Positions 1 through 4,406 of a stretch of 6,065 bases of DNA are shown here, one piece after another. The stretch is from Escherichia phage NC28: the sequence record NC_007823.1; one strand, written 5' to 3'. The notes beneath the pieces were generated by a model that saw nothing but the letters and a program-made list of their open reading frames with translations, made no database searches and was not told where the DNA came from. A program made the translations under genes and the position numbers. How positions within the stretch are numbered: position 1 is the stretch's first letter; each line of letters opens with the position of its first letter.

Positions 1-26
1 TTGTTGACTTCTCCCAATCCCTTATG

Positions 27-59
27 AGACTCTTACTTCAACGAATGAAGTAGGAGTCT
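27..59 (+). terminator. Hairpin just downstream of gene H (H stop is at the window end, assuming a circular genome): 13-bp stem (27-39 / 47-59, one G-U pair), 7-nt loop, followed by TCTTTAT. Likely the post-H (TH-like) terminator or mRNA-stabilising hairpin.
   Basis: Read directly: 5' arm AGACTCTTACTTC (27-39), loop AACGAAT (40-46), 3' arm GAAGTAGGAGTCT (47-59). The 3' arm contains AGGAG (52-56), the SD of the ORF starting at 65. The U-tract is weak. Confidence 0.5.
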
Positions 60-64
60 TTATC

Positions 65-433
65 ATGAAGCCCGCTCACCGCTTGACTCATCCGATTCTC
101 GGTTCTTGGTTGTTTAAGTGCCCTGTTTATATCAGTTATGAGCACCTTCATCATGGTCGTCTCATTAAGGTTCGCGCTGTTCGTGATTTATCCCCTCGCC
201 AGCAGCTTATCGCTAACCCTAAAAATTGTTTTGACGTTGTTATTGCTGTGATTGACGTTACTTATTGCTCTGTCACTTATTTTGATTATGAGGCTGAGGA
301 ATATGCCGAGTGTGATTCAGAAACTATGGATAATATCCTTGCTTATGTTAACTCTCCTCACTCCCTTCGCTCTGAGGAGGATTCATCCGTTGATGTTGAC
401 GATATGGCGTGGCTTTATGAAATTGCGGAGTAA
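65..433 (+). CDS. Hypothetical acidic protein (122 aa) in the H-A intergenic region; no recognisable family.
   Basis: ATG at 65 with AGGAG (52-56) 8 nt upstream. T-rich third codon positions match the phage's other genes. C-terminal half is strongly acidic (EEDSSVDVDDMAWLYEIAE tail). Stop TAA at 431-433 lies 3 nt before the next ATG. Confidence 0.5.
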   Translation: MKPAHRLTHPILGSWLFKCPVYISYEHLHHGRLIKVRAVRDLSPRQQLIANPKNCFDVVIAVIDVTYCSVTYFDYEAEEYAECDSETMDNILAYVNSPHSLRSEEDSSVDVDDMAWLYEIAE

Positions 434-436
434 ATC

Positions 437-526
437 ATGGAAACTGTTGTCGGGAAATTTATTGCTTTGGCTGTTGTTGCTCTTATGCTGTATGGAATTG
501 CCCGTTTAATTCGGAGGTTCCCGTGA
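437..526 (+). CDS. Hypothetical small hydrophobic peptide (29 aa, METVVGKFIALAVVALMLYGIARLIRRFP): one predicted transmembrane helix with a basic C-terminus.
   Basis: ATG at 437 with GGAG (427-430) 6 nt upstream. Hand translation gives an uninterrupted hydrophobic stretch then RLIRRFP; stop TGA at 524-526. Too short to appear in the supplied ORF track. Confidence 0.38.
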   Translation: METVVGKFIALAVVALMLYGIARLIRRFP

Positions 527-699
527 AATACTTTAGTCTTGTGGATGAACATTATGCTTATTGCCCTGACACGCGGATTCTGCATATCACTCGCAGTCGT
601 GTTTCTGACCCTCGTTATGAGCGTCGTTTTCTTACTGATGAGGAGCATTTTGAGCTTCTGGATTGGTTGAAAAGCCGTCTGACTTACGTTAATTCTTGA
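523..699 (+). CDS. Hypothetical 58-aa protein with GTG start overlapping the ORF2 stop (GTGA), translation VKYFSLVDEHYAYCPDTRILHITRSRVSDPRYERRFLTDEEHFELLDWLKSRLTYVNS.
   Basis: GGAGG (513-517) lies 5 nt upstream of GTG 523. Open frame to TGA 697-699 verified codon by codon. No in-frame ATG, so the start is uncertain. Confidence 0.33.
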   Translation: MKYFSLVDEHYAYCPDTRILHITRSRVSDPRYERRFLTDEEHFELLDWLKSRLTYVNS

Positions 700-725
700 C
701 AATCTTCTGAAATACCCTCTATATT
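696..725 (+). promoter_or_regulatory. Candidate sigma70 promoter for gene A (PA-like): -35 TTGACA (696-701), -10 TATATT (720-725), 18-nt spacer.
   Basis: Perfect -35 hexamer and a 5/6 -10 read directly, positioned about 35 nt upstream of the A start codon, analogous to phiX174 PA in the H-A intergenic region. The ORF3 stop TGA sits inside the -35 hexamer. Confidence 0.45.
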
Positions 726-755
726 GCCCTCATAGGTTCACTACGAGGGCTTTTT
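726..755 (+). terminator. Terminator-like or leader hairpin: GCCCTC (726-731) / GAGGGC (745-750) stem, 13-nt loop, followed by TTTTT (751-755), immediately before the gene A ATG.
   Basis: Read directly. The 3' arm GAGGG (745-749) is also the likely SD of gene A, 9 nt before ATG 759. Could terminate transcripts coming from the upstream cassette and/or modulate A translation. Confidence 0.4.
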
Positions 756-758
756 CGC

Positions 759-2243
759 ATGGCTACCGAATTGTTTTCTGACGTTGTAAAGGCTACGTGG
801 TCGCATGTCACTGCTAAGCATCCTCATCTTCGTATGGCTGTTCAGGTTGATAACCGTAGCCGTCTTCTTTCTGATTTGGTTTACCAGTTGGAAAAACGCC
901 TTTCCGAAGAGACTCATTTGGATGATGAGACTTATGCCCTTTATGAATCTCAGACTGGCCTTTTGGAAGACCATATGGCACTGGTTCGAAAGTGTGCAGC
1001 CCAACTTGATAATAGTAACACTATAGACCACCGTACCCCGTTGGACCCTGAATGTGTTTTCCTTTTTGAAATGATTTGTCCAGGTGTTCGCTATGGTAAG
1101 GCGCTTAATTCGCTTTGGAGTAAGTATGTCGCTCAATGGCCTGAGAAGTTAATTCGTCAGGAGCTCGACATGGTTAAGCCTTTATCTTTCAAGGATGAGG
1201 TTGCCAAGTACATGGAGAAAATGCAGGAAAAAACACGTAAAAATCGCATGACTCAGAAAGTGATTAATGAGATGCGTATTGCTCACCAAAAAGGCTGGTT
1301 CTTCGTATTTGATACGTTGACACTTGCTGATGACCGTTTGCAGGCGTTTAATGAAAACCCCAATGCTCTTCGTGATTACTTCAGGACTGTTGGTCGAGCT
1401 GTTTTGCGCGCTGAAGGTCGTTCGGTTAAGGATTCCTACAACGACTGCTATCGCTATCTTTGTGTGCCGGAGTTTGGAGGCCAGCACGGCCGTCTTCATT
1501 GGCATGTCGTGCATATGGTGCGGACTCTTCCTTTGGGAAGTCACGACCCTAATTTCGGTCGCAAGGTACGTAATTATCGCCAAATTAACTCGTTCCGTGG
1601 TATGTGGCCTTATGGCTTCACGCAACCGATAGCTGTACGCTATCAACATGATGCTTATTCTCGTAAAGGTTGGTTGTGGCCTGTTGACAAAACAGGAAAA
1701 GCAATGCAGAGTAAGCCGTATCAGGCGGTCGCATGGTATGTGACCAAGTATGTAGCTAAGCAATCTGATCAGCGTCAGAAAGCTATTACCGAGAGACAAA
1801 AAAAATGCAAAAATCCTTTGATGGCAATTTGCTTGAAGAAAGAATTCAGGGTTCGCAGCAGCCGGAAGCTCGGAATGGAGTTACCTTCAATGGTTCACCT
1901 GAGCAACAAGGTCCTTCTGGAACTGAGCAGAATCAGCTTCGATTCCAGCCCGCTCTATCAGATAGTGAAAGAGAACGCCAAAAAGCAATTGAGCTTGAAC
2001 ATCGGCGTAGTGCCTTTGCACGTCATTATGGATGTGCGCCCGCAAGTGAGAAGTATGTTGAAAAATATCCGTCGTTTGATGAAAAAGACACCAGAATTCA
2101 ATTGGCAGAATTCTATCGCTTCAATGACGGTCACCTTAAAAAATGGGGATATTTCTAATGAAGCACGTCAATACATTGTTGATGCAGGAATTACGCCTTT
2201 TGATTTGCGAGCTAAAGCGACTCAAACTTTCGGCGGTAAGTGA
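759..2243 (+). CDS. A: Replication initiation protein A (rolling-circle HUH endonuclease), 494 aa.
   Basis: Long ORF with HUH motif GRLHWHVVH (His codons near 1497-1514) and double-tyrosine motif AWYVTKYVAKQSD (Tyr codons at 1737 and 1749). Central and C-terminal regions align with recalled phiX174 protein A (e.g. GWFxVFDTLTLADDRL, PNALRDYFR, DPNFGRxVRN, WPYG, GWLWPVD). Confidence 0.94.
   Translation: MATELFSDVVKATWSHVTAKHPHLRMAVQVDNRSRLLSDLVYQLEKRLSEETHLDDETYALYESQTGLLEDHMALVRKCAAQLDNSNTIDHRTPLDPECVFLFEMICPGVRYGKALNSLWSKYVAQWPEKLIRQELDMVKPLSFKDEVAKYMEKMQEKTRKNRMTQKVINEMRIAHQKGWFFVFDTLTLADDRLQAFNENPNALRDYFRTVGRAVLRAEGRSVKDSYNDCYRYLCVPEFGGQHGRLHWHVVHMVRTLPLGSHDPNFGRKVRNYRQINSFRGMWPYGFTQPIAVRYQHDAYSRKGWLWPVDKTGKAMQSKPYQAVAWYVTKYVAKQSDQRQKAITERQKKCKNPLMAICLKKEFRVRSSRKLGMELPSMVHLSNKVLLELSRISFDSSPLYQIVKENAKKQLSLNIGVVPLHVIMDVRPQVRSMLKNIRRLMKKTPEFNWQNSIASMTVTLKNGDISNEARQYIVDAGITPFDLRAKATQTFGGK
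1002..1031 (+). other. Viral (+) strand replication origin 30-mer inside gene A; predicted nick between G1008 and A1009.
   Basis: CAACTTGATAATAGTAACACTATAGACCAC matches the recalled phiX174 origin CAACTTGATATTAATAACACTATAGACCAC at 28 of 30 positions; both differences fall in the AT-rich spacer. In frame within A (translated ...QLDNSNTIDHR...). Confidence 0.8.
1212..2243 (+). CDS. A*: Protein A*: in-frame internal restart within gene A, about 343 aa.
   Basis: In-frame ATG at 1212 (MEKMQEKTRKNRMTQ...) preceded by AAGGA/GAGG (1191-1200). It sits at the position equivalent to the phiX174 A* start, about 25 residues before the conserved GWFxVFDTLTLADD. In-frame ATGs at 1221 and 1248 are alternatives. 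Confidence 0.45.
   Translation: MEKMQEKTRKNRMTQKVINEMRIAHQKGWFFVFDTLTLADDRLQAFNENPNALRDYFRTVGRAVLRAEGRSVKDSYNDCYRYLCVPEFGGQHGRLHWHVVHMVRTLPLGSHDPNFGRKVRNYRQINSFRGMWPYGFTQPIAVRYQHDAYSRKGWLWPVDKTGKAMQSKPYQAVAWYVTKYVAKQSDQRQKAITERQKKCKNPLMAICLKKEFRVRSSRKLGMELPSMVHLSNKVLLELSRISFDSSPLYQIVKENAKKQLSLNIGVVPLHVIMDVRPQVRSMLKNIRRLMKKTPEFNWQNSIASMTVTLKNGDISNEARQYIVDAGITPFDLRAKATQTFGGK
1805..2158 (+). CDS. B: Internal scaffolding protein B (117 aa), encoded in an alternative frame inside gene A.
   Basis: ORF in a different frame from A. C-terminus ...DTRIQLAEFYRFNDGHLKKWGYF matches recalled phiX174 B C-terminus (...WRIQPAEFYRFHDAEVNTFGYF). Acidic, Q-rich N-terminal region typical of B. Confidence 0.9.
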   Translation: MQKSFDGNLLEERIQGSQQPEARNGVTFNGSPEQQGPSGTEQNQLRFQPALSDSERERQKAIELEHRRSAFARHYGCAPASEKYVEKYPSFDEKDTRIQLAEFYRFNDGHLKKWGYF

Positions 2244-2319
2244 CCCAGATTTTTCTCAGGAGAAAATTCATGCTGAGCTCGACTCGTTACTACGCAAGTT
2301 ATCGCGCCACTTTGACTAA
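2158..2319 (+). CDS. K: Protein K (53 aa); start overlaps the B stop (TAATG), reads through the end of A and into C.
   Basis: Hand-translated MKHVNTLLMQELRLLICELKRLKLSAVSDPDFSQEKIHAELDSLLRKLSRHFD resembles recalled phiX174 K ([43 protein letters not shown]...). GGGGA lies about 9 nt upstream. Not in the ORF track because it is under 60 aa. Confidence 0.75.
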   Translation: MKHVNTLLMQELRLLICELKRLKLSAVSDPDFSQEKIHAELDSLLRKLSRHFD

Positions 2320-2476
2320 GCAATTGATGTTTCTTACTAAAGCCGACTTTACGAATGATGATGAGAAGTGGCTTAATGCGTTTGGTAATTTGCTTCGCCA
2401 GTGGTTTCAGATTGAGGACTGGAAAGGAAATCATAAGAAATTGTTTGACGATTTAAAAAAACGCGAATACATTTGA
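2270..2476 (+). CDS. C: Protein C (68 aa), involved in ssDNA synthesis and packaging.
   Basis: ATG 2270 preceded by AGGAG (2259-2263), 6-nt spacing. MLSSTRYYASYRATLTKQLMFLTKADFTNDDEKWLNAFGNLLRQWFQIEDW aligns with recalled phiX174 C (…SSYFATFRHQLTILSKTDALDEEKWLNMLGTFVKDWFRYE…). The track's 2240 start is a GTG inside the A stop codon and is less likely. Confidence 0.85.
   Translation: MLSSTRYYASYRATLTKQLMFLTKADFTNDDEKWLNAFGNLLRQWFQIEDWKGNHKKLFDDLKKREYI
2445..2473 (+). promoter_or_regulatory. Candidate PD promoter: -35 TTGACG (2445-2450), 17-nt spacer, -10 TACATT (2468-2473), inside the 3' end of gene C.
   Basis: TTGACGATTTAAAAAAACGCGAATACATTTGAG is nearly colinear with the recalled phiX174 PD region TTGACATTTTAAAAGAGCGTGGATTACTATCTGAG. 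Confidence 0.45.
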
Positions 2477-2518
2477 GTTGTTTCAAAGTTATCTACCCAT
2501 AAGTGTTAGGAGTATGTT

Positions 2519-2977
2519 ATGTCTAATCTTGTTGCTACTGATGTAAATTTCGCTACTTCTGTTGCCGCTCTGAAGATGCTTCAGTCTTCTGCTGTTCTGG
2601 ATATTACTGAGGAGGATTTCGACTTCCTGACTGGTGATAAAATTTGGATTGCTACTGACCGCAACCGTGCGCGTCGTTGTGTAGAGGCTTGTGTTTATGG
2701 AACGCTGGACTTTGTTGGATACCCTCGCTTTCCTGCTCCTGTTGAGTTTATTGCTGCCGTCATTGCTTATTATGTTCATCCCGTCAACATTCAGACGGCC
2801 TGCCTCATCATGGAAGGCGCTGAGTTTACGGAAAACATTGTTAATGGTGTCGAGCGTCCGGTTAAAGCCGCTGAGCTCTTCGCGTACACCCTGCGTGTTA
2901 AAGCCGGACTCAAAGAGACGGTTTTGAATGCTGAAGAGAATGCTCGCCAAAAACTTCGTGCTTCTGGAGTAATGTAA
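2519..2977 (+). CDS. D: External scaffolding protein D (152 aa).
   Basis: AGGAG (2508-2512) 6 nt before ATG 2519. Protein is near-identical over long stretches to recalled phiX174 D (…DFDFLTxxKxWIATDRxRARRCVEACVYGTLDFVGYPRFPAPVEFIAAVIAYYVHPVNIQTACLIMEGAEFTENI…). Confidence 0.96.
   Translation: MSNLVATDVNFATSVAALKMLQSSAVLDITEEDFDFLTGDKIWIATDRNRARRCVEACVYGTLDFVGYPRFPAPVEFIAAVIAYYVHPVNIQTACLIMEGAEFTENIVNGVERPVKAAELFAYTLRVKAGLKETVLNAEENARQKLRASGVM
2697..2927 (+). CDS. E: Lysis protein E (76 aa), embedded in gene D in the +1 frame; N-terminal transmembrane domain.
   Basis: ATG 2697 with GAGG (2684-2687) 9 nt upstream. MERWTLLDTLAFLLLLSLLLPSLLIMFIPSTFRRPASSWKALSLRKTLLM... matches recalled phiX174 E (MVRWTLWDTLAFLLLLSLLLPSLLIMFIPSTFKRPVSSWKALNLRKTLLM...). 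The track's 2691 start is a GTG two codons upstream. Confidence 0.87.
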   Translation: MERWTLLDTLAFLLLLSLLLPSLLIMFIPSTFRRPASSWKALSLRKTLLMVSSVRLKPLSSSRTPCVLKPDSKRRF

Positions 2978-2978
2978 T

Positions 2979-3053
2979 ATGAAAAAGGCTCGTCGCTCTC
3001 CTTCTCGTAAAAAAGGTGCTCGCCTCTGGTATGTAGGCGGTTCTCAGTTTTAA
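2979..3053 (+). CDS. J: Small basic DNA-binding/packaging protein J (24 aa: MKKARRSPSRKKGARLWYVGGSQF).
   Basis: ATG 2979 two nt after the D stop; GGAG (2966-2969) 9 nt upstream. Basic composition and the C-terminal GARLWYVGG motif match recalled phiX174 J (…GARLWYVGGQQF). Short length fits G4/alpha3-type J. Confidence 0.85.
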   Translation: MKKARRSPSRKKGARLWYVGGSQF

Positions 3054-3057
3054 TTAT

Positions 3058-3071
3058 GGGCCTTCGGGCCC
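3058..3071 (+). terminator. J-F intergenic GC hairpin GGGCC-TTCG-GGCCC followed by TTT; terminator-like (TJ) or mRNA-stabilising stem-loop.
   Basis: Perfect 5-bp GC stem with TTCG tetraloop read directly, followed by TTTAAGGA, whose AAGGA (3075-3079) is the SD for F at 3086. Confidence 0.55.
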
Positions 3072-3085
3072 TTTAAGGAAATCCA

Positions 3086-4369
3086 ATGTCAAACGTGCAA
3101 ACTTCCGCAGAACGTATTCCGCATGACCTTTCCCATCTGGTTTTTGATGCTGGCAAGATTGGTCGTTTAAAGGTTGTTTCTTGGACTCCTGTTGTTGCAG
3201 GTGATTCTTTTGAGCTTGATATGATTGGCGCAATTCGCCTTTCTCCGCTTCGTCGTGGTTTGGCTGTTGATAGCCGCGTTGACTTGTTTACTTTCTATGT
3301 TCCTCATCGTCATGTTTATGGTGAGCAATGGATTGATTTTATGAAAGCAGGTGTTGATGCTGCTCCGCTTGCACCTGTTACTTGTTCGCGTGGTTGGGAT
3401 AGCGCCCAGTATTTGGCTACAATTCCGTCCTCTAACCTGAAGGTTCCTAAGTTCCTTCATCAAGGTTATTTGAATATTTATAATAACTATTTTAAAGCTC
3501 CGTGGATGGATGATTTAACTTATGCCAATCCGTCTAATATGGAAGGTGAAGACGTTCGTTTTGGTGTTCGTGCGTGTAACTTGAAAACTATTTGGACTGC
3601 CCCACTTCCGCCGGACACTGAGACTTCTCATTCTATGGAGACTGAGACTAACTCTATTGATATCATGGGCCTTCAGGCCGCTTATGCTCAGCTTCATACT
3701 GAGCAGGAACGTGATTATTTCATGACGCGTTATCGTGATATTGTTAATGAATTTGGTGGTAGTACTTCTTATGATGCGGATAATCGCCCTCTTCTGGTTA
3801 TGCACTCTGAGTTTTGGGCTTCAGGCTATGACGTCGACGGCACCGACCAAAGTTCTCTCGGTCAGTTCTCTGGACGTGTACAGCAGACCTTTAAGCATTC
3901 AGTACCGCGATTCTTCTGCCCTGAGCATGGCACTATGTTCACACTCGCATTGGTCCGCTTCCCGCCGACCCATGAGATGGAGATGCATTACTTAGTTGGC
4001 AAGGAAGATTTAACCTATACTGATTTGGCTTGTGACCCAGCTCTGATGGCCAACCTCCCTCCTCGTGAGGTTAATATGTCTCAGTTCTTCCATTCTGGAA
4101 GTGCTAGTGCTAAGTTTAAGATTGCTGAAGGTCAATGGTATCGTATGCAGCCTGACCGTGTTGCTTTGCCGTATAACTATCTTGATGGTTTTCCGTTCTA
4201 TAGTGCGATTCCATCTGATGATATTAATCATCGTGTTCTGGTTAATACTGATAACTACGATGAGGTTTTCCAGTCTATGCAGCTTGCGCACTGGAATATG
4301 CAGACCAAGTTTAACTGCACCATTTATCGTAATATGCCGACCACTCGCGACTCTATTATGACCTCTTGA
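3086..4369 (+). CDS. F: Major capsid protein F (427 aa).
   Basis: Same length as phiX174 F and extensive identity to the recalled sequence (MSNxQTxAERxPHDLSHL…, FTFYVPHRHVYGEQWI, GYLNIYNNYFKAPWM, WTAPLPP, SIDIMGLQAAYA, SYDADNRPLLVM, ASGYDVDGTDQxSLGQFSGRVQQT, LPTTRDSIMTS). Confidence 0.97.
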   Translation: MSNVQTSAERIPHDLSHLVFDAGKIGRLKVVSWTPVVAGDSFELDMIGAIRLSPLRRGLAVDSRVDLFTFYVPHRHVYGEQWIDFMKAGVDAAPLAPVTCSRGWDSAQYLATIPSSNLKVPKFLHQGYLNIYNNYFKAPWMDDLTYANPSNMEGEDVRFGVRACNLKTIWTAPLPPDTETSHSMETETNSIDIMGLQAAYAQLHTEQERDYFMTRYRDIVNEFGGSTSYDADNRPLLVMHSEFWASGYDVDGTDQSSLGQFSGRVQQTFKHSVPRFFCPEHGTMFTLALVRFPPTHEMEMHYLVGKEDLTYTDLACDPALMANLPPREVNMSQFFHSGSASAKFKIAEGQWYRMQPDRVALPYNYLDGFPFYSAIPSDDINHRVLVNTDNYDEVFQSMQLAHWNMQTKFNCTIYRNMPTTRDSIMTS

Positions 4370-4375
4370 TTATGT

Positions 4376-4389
4376 GGGCCTTCGGGCCC
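4376..4389 (+). terminator. F-G intergenic GC hairpin GGGCC-TTCG-GGCCC, second copy of the J-F hairpin; terminator-like (TF).
   Basis: Identical stem-loop to 3058-3071, with similar flanks (TTATG upstream, C(C)TTTAAGGA downstream); the downstream AAGGA serves as the SD for G. Confidence 0.55.
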
Positions 4390-4406
4390 CTTTAAGGATG
4401 TTGATT

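Noticed and set aside
4-9. TTGACT at 4-9 as a -35 element of a promoter for the cassette.
   Set aside because: No acceptable -10 hexamer at 16-19 nt spacing (TATGAG at 23-28 is only 13 nt away), and the region is occupied by the post-H hairpin. The cassette is more likely expressed by read-through.
252-509. + strand 85-aa ORF in an alternative frame overlapping ORF1 and ORF2 (Leu-rich, hydrophobic).
   Set aside because: Leu/Phe-rich translation is what the +1 frame of T3-rich coding sequence produces by chance. No SD is evident before ATG 252. Gene E shows such embedded genes can be real, so this is rejected with low certainty.
1684-1689. Perfect TTGACA inside gene A upstream of B, as a possible PB promoter.
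   Set aside because: I could not find a credible -10 at 16-19 nt spacing (downstream is CAGAGT/GTAAGC), so I cannot support a PB call from sequence alone, although a B promoter is expected somewhere in this part of A.
2240-2242. GTG at 2240 as the start of gene C (as in the ORF track).
   Set aside because: This GTG overlaps the A stop codon and has no SD. ATG 2270 has AGGAG at 6-nt spacing and gives the N-terminus that aligns with phiX174 C.
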